Origin: Takakia lepidozioides
Lineage: Eukaryota; Plantae; Bryophyta
Length of the DNA stretch: 64,000 nucleotides
Direction of reading: 5' to 3'
Assembly (NCBI GenBank): GCA_030704615.1
Contig: CM060731.1
Coordinates: 53,568,001 to 53,632,000, forward strand
Shown here: piece after piece, positions 1 to 11,700 of the stretch
Layout: every line of letters starts with the position of its first letter
Position numbering within the stretch: position 1 is the stretch's first letter
Position numbers and translations under genes: made by a program
The notes under the pieces: generated by a model
The model's input: the letters and a program-made list of their open reading frames with translations, nothing else
What the model was told of the DNA's origin: nothing
The model's database searches: none

Positions 1-791
1 TATTCTAGAAGGAACCCTCTCCAGCTTGACTACCACTCTCCCTCTAAGCGCGAAAAGTAGAAAAACGCAGTGACTCTCGATTTCTTGCGGGATTGCCTGT
101 GTTCTTGCGTGTCTCTAGAAGCATCGGATTCCCTCCCGCGTGACCGTTACACATAGTCGTTTCGTTATTAGTGCACATGCCAGCAATTGGTGTACAGCTG
201 TTCGTATTCAGTTATGGATGTCTGACGTGTGCCGCCCAAACAAAACGGCGTGTTCTAAATTATAACTGGTTCAATATTTAAAAAGAACAGCGAATCCCAG
301 AAATTGATGCGCAGTCTTAAACAAATAAATATAAATGAACGAGAGTTTGATGACAAATTTTGGAATATCATACACGGTCATCCTTGTTATCCAAACCCCA
401 CATTCGTTGCACATTTGGAACTTTCCAGGTGCGCATGATCATTGGTAGTAGTATATAGATACATTTACTTAATCTGCAATCCCATTCTCGGATCCTGTGG
501 CATGCTTCCAGGAAGTCGGCTTTGTTATTGGGTTTATTGATGAGGTTCTGATTAACGGTTTAACAGTTGCCGACACTGCCCCTATGGATTCTCTGACCAC
601 TGGGCCCACAAGAAAAGTAATTAAAATGGACGGCTGCATATCTGGAATGAATAACAGAATATGCACAGTCGTTATCTGAGCTTCCTCCGCCATATGCTCT
701 GCTCATTCTTCAACTGTGTTCTGGAGACAGCAGTAAACCGATTTACACTAGATCTGCGATAGCAAGGTACAAACATACTCGAGGAAGGAAG

Positions 792-3700
792 ATGGCTTCC
801 TCTGAAGCGGAGTTCTTCTCAGACGACAAACCAGTGCCGTTCTCCCAGGAAGTCCTTGACAATGGATTTGCAATTGTTCTGGAACATGTCTTGGCTACCC
901 GTTTTCAGCTGCAGAATGGCTCCATCTTTTTGGAGAAAGAGGTTTACGATCTGAAAGGGAAGTTGGTGAAATATTCTTTCCAAACCGTGATGAGACGGCT
1001 CATATCAGCCAGTGGAGAGTGCGTCCTGGTCGATACAGAGTACTTGGAGAGCCTCGGCGAAAGTCCCTTGGGTCATATGTGACGCCCGGGACTGCTGCTT
1101 CGGTCGTTGAAGACAAGAGGGAGGTGGTGGTGAAAAAAGAACAGACTTCCTCCACTCCAATCGTTGAGCTTTCGGATTCTTCCGATGATGACATAAGTGA
1201 AATTCCAAATCCAGTCCTTCCTACTGTGGTTGCAGAAGCTGATGAAGAAGAGATTTGTAGTGTCATTCCAAAATTGCGGGCGATGGGAGGAATGGCTGGA
1301 TTCAAAAGTGAGTTGCGGGGAATTGATTGGGAATCTTTGAAGCAGGTGCCTGTGAAGTTCTTGCCGGAGACTTTTGATGGCGATATCCTATTCGAGCTGC
1401 CTCCTCCTCCGCGAGTTGGAGGTGTAACAATCATGATGCATGGAATGGACAAGAAACACGACGGGCACCCGTGGTGCAGAACAAAAACATCCAATATTCA
1501 GAATGATGACAAGCTTGTTTTCAGGAGGACAGTTTGCAATGGACACCTTAGGTGTGATAATTTGAATTGCAGACACTTTCTTCAGTCTGGAGTTCATAAT
1601 CAAAGCGAATGGGAGGGTCTGGCGGAGAATCCATTTCAGCCTGGGACTGCCCCTCCACCGGCAAACACTTTCGTCTGCAAATTCTGCAAACTTGTGCCAT
1701 CCTGCTTGGCGCTCTGCGGAGCAAGAATGTACTATGTTGTCCACCGTTTGAATACAATGACGAGAGCTTGTGTGCATTTTGGATTCCATAACCATCCTGT
1801 CTCGAAGGGGGATTACAGGGAGAGTGTTGAGACAGTATCGAGGTTGATCAAACAGGAGTTCGGGAGAACCCATCCGCAACAACATCTGCAATTGCTCTTG
1901 GCGCAAGCAAGTCCTTCTTGGAAAGCCATATTTTGAGTGAAGGAGATTCTGTGGGGACTAAACTTGACGGTGCAGCATTGGACCTGGTCATGGATCATTT
2001 CTCCACTTTAAGTTCACCTAACATTCGGCATCAGATCAATGCATTGAGAATGGGCTCTGGGATCAGAGGCTACATAGACAATATTTTGGAATTGAAACGA
2101 CTGAGCAAGTACGATTACATCCAGGACAATGTATTCCCAGGTCAAGGTGCCATCAAAGTTTTTCTTTTCAAAATGTCGACTGTTGGGGAGGGCAGTGGGG
2201 TTAGCCTCGTGAAGCGGATGCAGAAGACTGGGGACTTGCAGAACTGTTTTCTTATGTTTGATCATGTGAAACGAGTGAAGGATTGGACGACAATGGCTTG
2301 TCATGTCTACGATCCAGTGTACCAACGAGTTATGACAATTGCAGTTTGTGACATGCAATCCGAGGATACGGAATCCCAGAAGCTCATGTGGAATTCCCTG
2401 ATACGTGTCATGGGCTGCCATGGGCTGCCATCTCCAAATTTCGCAGGTTTCATGGCGGATAGTGCTCAAGCAAATTTCAATGCTATTCGTATTGTCTTCG
2501 GATCGGGCGACCCAAAAGTGCCTATGCCAGGAAGAGAGCGTACATGTCTATTCCATTGGACACAATCTCTGGAAAAACATACAAAGTCGGACATCAAACC
2601 AGAGATGCAGACTCAGCACCGTAAATTGTGCAAAGAGTACAAAGATGCTAGAACAATGAAGGAGGCGGACACTTTGTTCCAGACAATTCGTGCCTGGTGG
2701 TTCTCTTCTGGAGCTGCATCACTTGAGAGTATGAGAGCATTGGAAGATTGGCTGGCGTTTTGGCACTTCCGGTATAGACAGTGGGGAGCAGCCATGACAA
2801 TGGTACGAGGCTTCTATTTCATGCTTTATTCATACATTTGCTTTCCATATTTTTGACTCATTGCTTTCTTTATGTTGTTTCCTGTGCACTATTCTGAAGT
2901 GTGGTTATCCTCTTTGCAGAACATGTCCATTGAGGAAATGGCAGGACATGCCATCTTGCAATTTGGCAGAAACTGTGCACAATGCATGGTTGCAGCAGTC
3001 TGGGAAACGAGGTCGGGATTTGTATGTGGCAACAACAGATGATTTGATACGTGCCTTGCAACAACAAACCCGATACCGTGATTTCTTACGAGGTGGGGTT
3101 GGTGGCAAGGGTCCGGACAAATCGGAGTTGATGTTGCGTGCTGCAAACAGATCTGGGGATCCAATCAAGATAGCACGGGCGGTGAGCATGTATGCCCAGG
3201 GAACGCCACTTGTTTCTAGAGTTCCACATCTTGAAGGGGAGGAGAGATTCGGCTCCTGTAAGAGGAAATTGAACACTCCACCTGGTTCGGATTCAGATTC
3301 CCACAGGGCAGACCGTGATAACTTCTCGAAGCCTCGTGTTCCCCTGCATGACAGCTCCGTGTCCGGAACCTCCATTGTGGAGGAACCTCCAACACGACGG
3401 CAAGCTCCAGCATCAAACCGTGCCACTGAAATGGTGCAGGAGAGAAACAACCCCCTTGATGTGCTTGAGTCCGCATGCCCCGACCACGTTTGGCACATAG
3501 AACGCACAAGTGTCGGGTCTCGTGTGAAATGTACAGCGATCAGGGCAACTAATTTCGAGAAGTGCACTTCATCTATATCCAGAGGTGGTGCCCGAACTCC
3601 TGCTCCGACTTTCACGGGCTTGATGCGTCCATACGGTCAACCAGAAGCCAAGAACCACAAGTTCTGGTTCTGCGCAGATGATTGTGCCAGATGTGTGCAT

Positions 3701-4305
3701 GGAACTGTGCGTCCTTCCGTAGTGATGAAGCCATCTCCTCCAACCGTTTGGCCCGTGAAGGTGGGAACACATCTCAGCTTTCAGGAGATTGAAATGCTGG
3801 AGGAGGCAGGTTTTTCCCTTGCGAGACAACCCCAACTCCATGCATGTGCTACTACTCCTGCGTCCTCCCGGGTCCCCCGGCAAATCCTGACTTGTGGCCA
3901 ACCAAACGAGATGGAAAGCTCGTTCGGCGTTTCCCTCCAACCGCTGAACACTTTGGCAAAGTGGAGTCCGCAAGAATGCTCCAAGCTCGTGTCGGAAGCA
4001 CCACGGAAGTACCCGATCCAGGATATGGTCGGGTATTCACAATCATCACTTCCACATCTGCTGTTCATGACAGGACCTACGACATCACGGTTTCCAATTT
4101 CCCCAATTGCACATGTCCTGATTTTGTGAATATGCTATCAACCAGTTTGGGCAAGAGAGGTAAATTCATACCCTGCAAACATTTGTATTTCATATTTTTG
4201 AGGAGGATGGTTTGCGATCCCAAACGTGACAACTTCATTCACCAGGCCACTATGAGTTTCAACGAGGTCGATACTCTTTTGCAGCGGGATACAACACATG
4301 GGTAG
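792..4305 (+). mobile_element. Mutator-like DDE transposase gene with N-terminal GCM/WRKY-type zinc finger and C-terminal SWIM finger; several 1-bp frameshifts; intron 2803-2919
   Basis: Stitched ORFs 792/1019/1918/2861/3844. GCM-like DGHPW..CNGHLRC..NC..CKFC..C..HFGFHNHP; catalytic-type motifs FLMFDHVKR, FMADSAQA, CLFH (CxxH) and NLAETVHNAW; SWIM CTCPDF..CKH. GT..AG intron ATG|GTACGA..TTTGCAG|AAC. Confidence 0.8.
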
Positions 4306-4749
4306 CATGAACTATGTAATGTGGTATGTGGATGACCATGATTTGAAATGTGTAATTCACATCAATTCGTCGGCTGTGCAATGATATGGCCTCCAACTAT
4401 ACGGAGTGAGGTCTGAGTGACAACTTTTAGGTAGTGCACATTTGTCATTGCACCGTTCGAAGTCTACATGTCTTGCTGTCGCTATGCACTACAATCATCT
4501 TTTGAAGATGATCATAACTCTCATTGTTATTTGAGGAGGGAGGAAGTCTTCTCGTGGCAGCCTTTATGGCGCACACTTTGTGAGGATATTTGTCGTCTTC
4601 GTAATTGTAAAAGTGAAACAAACATTTGTAATTGCACAATGTTGGATGCTGCAATTGTAGGCCTCAACGCTCGTCTTGATTCTATTTAGGCAAGATTCCC
4701 TGCATTAATTCCACGGTCATAGGACCATCCACGGTTATAGGCGGCGCAT

Positions 4750-4969
4750 GTTAATGCTGACGTGGCAGTTGACGGACAGTGCCACGTCATCATTTACCGC
4801 CACATCAGCATGCTGACATGACGCTCACGCCACGTCAGCATGTGTGCAGGCTCACGCCACGTCAGCTGGCGTGAGCGTACGCTCACGCCACGTCACTCCT
4901 GCGTGAGCGTACGCTCGCGCGCTCACGTGCAACGCTCACGCCATTGCGTCGTTGGTGGCGGATCCACTG
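4750..4969. repeat. Subterminal repeat/palindrome cluster and candidate right end of the Mutator-like element
   Basis: Repeated GCTCACGCCACGTCA units, perfect 24-bp palindrome TGGCGTGAGCGTACGCTCACGCCA (4867-4890) and a near copy at 4901-4920. The sequence switches abruptly to element A's ORF after ..GGTGGCGGATCCACTG. The partner terminus is not in the window. Confidence 0.55.
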
Positions 4970-7727
4970 GCTTCACGGACTCCGCATGATAATGTTTCCC
5001 AAGCTCATGATCAGGAAGGGGCACAGCAGCACAGAGAAATGCTATTACTGGAAGCAGGACCTTCAGAGAGGGAGGAGGAGTTACTTCTGTATCACAACCA
5101 CCACAGCCAGCTGATCGACTTGTCACAAGGTCACAAGTTATCCAGGCAGCTCAACCAGAAATAATTGATTTGGAAAGAAGGGTTAGATATTCCAACTACA
5201 GAACAGATAGTGGCAGAAATGGAGAAGGGGGACCTTCTCTATGAAATTCTGGTCTGGTCAAGGAGATAGAGATCCCAGAGGTGCAACAGTTTCCCAAGGG
5301 AAATCCTGAGGTGCAAATAATACACACACCTGTGTCGGAGGTACCACAGGCGGAAGGTCATGACACTGTAGCACCGGTGATAGATGAAGTAGTTCAGGAA
5401 GAAAATCCGGTGGGACAATGGCCTGAAGGTTCGTGAGACATCACACTGTTGAAGATCAGGAGGAAGAGCAACAACCTCACCATGATGACCCTCAACAGGC
5501 AATGCTGATGAGTTCCATAGGCAGGACACTTAATTTGTTGGGGACTTATGTCAAATCCCATGTTCCAATTACCCAATTGACAGCCTTGAGAGAACTCAGG
5601 AAGGAGTTTGAGGGCTCGACTAGCCATTGAGTGTGCAAACAAGGTCGATGAAGAGGTCACTCTCAAGATGAAGCAGACTTGGGAAATACAGAAATGGCTT
5701 TGCAATTGGCCAAGGAACAATTGATTGAGGCAGGCCTCGCGCAAGACCAGTTGCACGAAGCACATAAGCAACAGCTATACCAAATGCAGGTGCAGCATGA
5801 AAGCAAGTTGCAAGAACTGAATGCACTACATACGGAGTTGCAGACAGTGCATAACAGGATGGCGATACAATGTGCTACATTTACAACTATGCTTGACCAA
5901 TCTACAAAAAGAAATAAAAAGTCAAGCGGAAAAATGTACGAAGGCAGAAGAAGAGAATGTTGAGCAAATGAGCTCATTGTCGATATGAAGAATACAATCT
6001 GTCGCAATGAAGATACTTCAAGCAATACAGGCAGATTGAAGTGATCAAGAGAAGCACATCGTGGAGTTGCAACAAACCATCATGGCCATAGAAATGAAAT
6101 CGCGGTCAATAACAAGGCTTGGAAGGAAGCCAATAATCTACTTGCTGCTTATGCGCAATTGGTTGAACCTCAGGCGAAGCGCATGGAGGCTTTACAACAG
6201 CAGTTGGAATTGTACAAGCTAAGAGAGGAGCAAACTCTCAGGGGAACCACAGCAACTTGGGGATAACACCTTATGCAGGTCTGGTTAGCACAAGGGCCAG
6301 TAGAGGGCAAAGCACACGGAAGCTCACCCCAGAGCGAGATGAATGAGCTCAGGCTGCAGGTACAGAACATGCCACAACTACTATAGACAATGTCTATAGT
6401 AGGAAGCAGAGTTACAAGAGGATGTAGACGACTCCAGACTCAAGTGGAAGACCTCACTTCAAACATCGACCAAAGAGTCTATATCCCTCAGGAACAGCTA
6501 ATGGCTTCTTATTTACAAGCCAGAAACTTGGCTTTCAGTCTTCACAGGAGGTGCAGGAGATGCCAATGATACAAGAGCCAGTACCACCACCACACACACC
6601 AAGTCACTGTACCAGTAGCTGAACCTGTGGTTACTACAACACACCACAGCCACCACAGCCGGAGGTATGGGGCAATGCCGCTTTAACCCACCTAAAACTC
6701 CAGCGCAAGGGAGTACAGTAGGGCTATGATTATGCCCTTCAACCAAATTCCCATCATGTTGGATTTGGCTTGGAAATAATTTAGTCCTCCGCAGTCATTC
6801 GCACATTACTACCAAATCATGCGTATTTGGCTGCCAGTGGCAACTAGGACTAAAGTTCTTCCGAACAATCGACATATTGAAGATCATCACTTTGCACAAT
6901 ACTGGCACGAGGCAGGTACCATGTTGAGGGAATTGATTGCTTTCTAGGTTGTACATGGACTCATTTATACCAAGACCAAGGAGATAGCAAGTATTGTCAT
7001 GGGGTGCGGGTTATACTACGCTGCTTGTTTTCTGGTACGTTACCACATTGAGCAACAAAAGATGCAAACACGCTTTCTGAGTTATTCCAGTGGAGATCAT
7101 TGGGTATTACCTTCGGTGCCACCTCATATGTACCTATATGACCCAAAAGTTATGATGCAAAAGGATTCTCAAATTCGTTCATGGTTTCAAGCGGCCTGGA
7201 ACCATTTGTCAACACAGAAATTCGGCATTGATGACATTTTCTATAAGGGACATGTGGCATGGAAGTACTTGCACGCTGCACCAGTAATTGGTACCCCACT
7301 CACCTGGACAGACAAGGAGCTCAGTGTCTACACCAATTTTGCTGTTCAGCGGTTACACCAAGTTGTAAAATACAAACTTCCAGACATGGTAGGACAGCAT
7401 TGTATGCCCCAGATGATTCCACAAAAAGTTCGAAAATTAAAACACCTGAGAGGCGATGAGGATTCTGATACAACTGTTTCTTCACCGAATTCTTTTGACA
7501 TGGGAGAAGACTATGCAATTCAGATGGCAGAGAAGAAGCGACGGGGGTCTCCTATGCCGGAAAGGTTACCTCGATATCAGCCTCCAGAGGGCCTCACTTA
7601 TCCAGGTAGTGATCAACCATCTCCGTCAACCAGAGACAGACCTCGGGCTCATACACACAGTCCGCCACGAAACTCTCAACGTCAAGAAGGTGCTCACTCA
7701 CAAAGGTTTGCTAGTCGAAATCAGTAA
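4970..7727 (+). pseudogene. Long additional ORF of LTR element A, copy 1 (acidic low-complexity, coiled-coil and globular C-terminal parts); frameshifted and 5'-interrupted by the Mutator-like element
   Basis: About 6090-7727 is near-identical to the reverse complement of 54710-56352, which is open for 525 aa. It ends about 20 bp before a PPT and TG-starting LTR. No recognisable family. Confidence 0.7.
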
Positions 7728-7765
7728 ACCGTGAGGACACGGCTTTTTGAGGGGGGAAGGGGTAA

Positions 7766-8721
7766 TGTTAGAGGACTGTCGGGGACTTAGAGACTTATAC
7801 GGGATCTGTAGGGTACCCTTAATTTTTGCACAGACTGAGACCAACAGGAGCCTTAGGGGTGACAGCAGCGCACTGTAGAGGGGGTTACACAGCCCGTCAC
7901 AGTCGTCACAGTCGTCACAGCCAACACAGCCAACACAGCCCGTCACAGTCGTCACAGTCGTCACAGCCGACACAGCCCGTCACAGTCGTCACAGCAGACA
8001 CAGCCGACACAGCCCGACACAGCCAAACACAGTCGCACAGCCAGTCACAGCCCGTCACAGTTTCACACAGCCAGTCACAGCTTGACACAGCTGTCACGAT
8101 CATAGGGAACGAAGAGTAGGACAGGGAACGACTGTGGGGAACAACACCTGCGAAGGGAACATGTTAGTTCACAGACGACGGTTAGTGAGGGAAACGGTTA
8201 GAACCGCGGATAGGAAGATAAAGAGAGAAACGGGGAATTGAGGGACATCATTCGGAGGAGGACTTCTTGGTGATAGAGGAGAGGGGATCGGGCAAAGATG
8301 AAGAACGGAAGTGAAGATAGAGAGATGATGAGTAGATGCTTGATATATGCAAGGCTGTAATGATATTGTAGAGTAGATTAGAGACACAATGGCTTCGGCC
8401 TGATACCTGATAAATCATAATCGGATACTTTTACGATACAATCACACTGTGTAGAGAGATCTGAGTGAAGCTGTGGAATGAATGGATGAGTTGATGGAAT
8501 CCAATAGATTGATAAAGCAAACTGATACTTAATTATCAATGGTAAGATAGTTAACATGAATACCAAAAGGGAAACAAATAGGAAACACCCCCATGATACA
8601 CTAGCTGTAGGTCATGACTGATTGTTCTGCGCGGGCTGAGTACTTAGAGATTTCCAACTCTTCAATCTTGGAGTTTCCGCCTCGAATAGCGAAGGGATGG
8701 GTGAGTAAAAGCCGCGCGAGA
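7766..8721 (+). mobile_element. 3' LTR of element A, copy 1
   Basis: Preceded by PPT GAGGGGGGAAGGGG; starts TGTTAGAG. Homology with 53737-54671 ends at GCCGCGCGA(G)A (copy 2 ends GCCGCGCGACA). It abuts the chromovirus protease sequence AGAACCACAATTGG. Confidence 0.8.
7886..8098 (+). repeat. 9-10 bp CACAG-core tandem repeat (CACAGCCCGT/CACAGTCGT) in the LTR of element A
   Basis: Directly visible; explains the S/Q/H/T-rich spurious ORFs. Confidence 0.95.
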
Positions 8722-11700
8722 AGAACCACAATTGGTGACGAGGTTGGCGTTCGATGTTCTTCTTCAGCTCGGGAGTTGGGAGGGACGTGAGAACTTCACC
8801 ATTTGCGAGATCGATGGAGTGGATCTCATTTTGGGGATGACCTTTTTGAGCAAATCCGGAGCGGTCATAGATGGCCGCAAGAGAGTAATCACGCTACTGT
8901 GTGGGAATGGTGGCGAAGTCTTATGAGTTTCGGAAACGCCCAACCCAGTGGGAGGGCGAATAAACCTGCTGTCAGCAAAGGAATGGACCGTGGAGGAGCC
9001 ACACGAGCCCCAGTTTTGCTTTACGTAAGACAAGTGAAGGGAGAAGGCGATAGGAAGCCGAGCCCAGATTGGATCAAGGGGATTTTGGAGAAATACCAGG
9101 ATGTGATGCTGGAGGATTTACCAAGCGGCTTGCCATCGCGAAGAGGAGTTGACCACAAGATTGAGGTGATACCGGGATCGGAGCCGCCTGCCAAGGCGCC
9201 CTACCGGTTGAGCCACAGAGAGTTGGTCGAGCTGAAGGCTCAGCTCAAGGATCTAATGTCAAAGGGTTACATCCGGCCGAGTAAGTCACCCTACGGAGCC
9301 CCGGTGCTATTCGCAGACAAGAAGGATGGGACGCTGCGGATATGTGTCAATTATAGGGCTCTGAATAAGGTGACTATCAAGAACCGGTACCCTTTGCCAA
9401 GGATCGACGACCTCTTCGATCCGTTGGCAGGAGCGAAGTATTTCAGCCGGATCGATTTGCGCTCCGGCTACCATCAAATCCAAGTGGCGGAAGGAGATGA
9501 AGAGAAGACCGCGTGCATGACAAGATATGGTTCGTATGAATTCTTGGTGATGCCTTTTGGGGTCACCAACGCACCCGCGACCTTTAACATGCTAATGAGC
9601 AGCCTTTTCCACGAGTGGTTGGATGACTTTGTGATCGTGTACATCGACGACATCTTGGTGTACTCGAAAACAAATGAAGAGCATCTGGAGCACCTCAAAA
9701 TGGTGTTCCAGAAATTGCGGGAAGGGAAATTGTATGCCAAAGCTTCAAAGTGCGAATTCGGGGTCACAAAAGTGAAGTTCCTAGGGCATGTGATTACATA
9801 GGATGGGATCAAAATGGATGACAGAAAGGTGAGGGCGATCTTGGATTGGGAGCCTCCGACTTCGGTCCCGGGAGTGCGATCTTTCCTAGGACTCGCCTCC
9901 TATTACCGAAAGTATGTGAGAAATTTTGCCAAGATTGCGGGGCCGCTGTCAGACCTTCTGTGTAAGTCCAGGTGGGTATGAAACACGTTTTGTGGCCAAG
10001 CTTTTGCTGAGTTGAAGCATCGGATGGCGGAAGCTCCAGTCCTGAAAATCCCGGAGTTCGACCGTCCATTTGAGATTCATACAGATGCGTCGGACTTTGC
10101 AATTGGGGGTGTACTCATGCAGGATGGACGTCCAGTGGCTTACAAAAGTAAGAAACTGAATGAAGTGGAGCGACGGCCTACACACGAGAAAGAAATGAAG
10201 GTGGTGGTGCATTGCTTTGAGCTTTGGCGCCACTATGTTGGTTCCAACCCGGTGAAGGTGTTTACGGACAATGTCACGGTGAAATATTTTGTCATGCAGC
10301 CTAAGTTGTCCCCAAAACTACTTAGGTGGCAAAATACTTTGGCGGTGTTCGACGTGGATATCCAATCTAAACCGGGACGGGACAATGTGGTGGTCGATGC
10401 TTTAAGTAGAAAGCAGCAGCTCATGTTGGTGTACAAGGGCGAGACGGCCAAAGGAAGATCCGGAAGGCTTACCGGAAGGATGAGATGGCGAGGTCCGTGA
10501 TGCGGGACTTGAGGATAGGGGTTAAATCGCAGTTCCACTTGCAAAATGGACTGCTCCGGTATAAGCAAAAGCGTCTCTACGTGCCGAATGGAGGGATCAG
10601 AGATAGTCTCTTGAGAGAATGCCATGATGGCCCGCTTGCGGGCCATGGCGGAGCCAAGCGCACCGCGACACTCTTGAAGAAAGAGTATTTCTGGCCCAAA
10701 CTGAGGGAGGAGGCCGAGGAGTATGTCAAGACATGCACTACATGCCAACAAAACTGGAGCGAGTACAAAAAGCAAGCAAGGCTGTTACAACCCTTGCCGA
10801 TTCCAGAGGGGTCTTGGGAAAGTGTTTCGATGGATTTCATGACTGCTATGCCGCTGTCAAAAGGATTCGATGCAATCATGGTGGTGGTGGATAGGTTCAG
10901 TAAAATGGGCTATTTCATCCCTACCAAGGAGACGGCAATGGCGCAGGAGACGGGGCGACTTTACTTCGCACACGTCTTCAAGCATCATGGACTCCCGAAG
11001 GATATTGTCTCGGACCGCGATCCAAAGTTTATAAATAAATTTTGGAGGGTACTTTGGAAGAAAATGGGGAGAGGCTCAAGATGAGCACCACCTTCTAACC
11101 TACGACGGACGGCCAAACAGAAAGGGTAAATTCCGTGGTGAAGTAGATCTTGCGGAATTACGTGTCGGCAGATCAATCAGACTGGGTGGAGCACTTGGAT
11201 GCGGTAGAGTTATGTTCTAATAACACAAAACACTCCGCAACGGGAGTTTCCCCTTTCGTATTGGTCTATGGAAAAGCACCTCTGGTGCCGACAAGTTGGG
11301 CCGCCCAAGATGTTGAGGAACCGGCAGCAGCAGCGGTACTGGAAGAACGCGAGCGTTTGTTGAAGCTCGCAAAGTACAACATTGCCAAAGCTAGGAAACA
11401 GTATGAACGGCAGGCAAATTGGAAGCTGAGGGAAGTTAAGTTTGAGGCAAGCACGGAGGTCTGGTTGAACATCAAGAATTTCTGAGTACCTCCAGAAGTG
11501 AGTCCGAAGTTCGTACCTGCCTATGCAGGACCCTTTCGCATCCGGAAGGTTATGAATGAGGATGTGTATGAATTGGAGCTGCCGGCAAACAGCAAGGTGC
11601 ATCCGGTATTCCACGTCTCCCTTTTGAAGCCTTACTTCAAAGATGAAGCGCGTCCGAATCGGCAGCAAGTGTTGCGTCCGCCACCTATGCTGTTGGATCA

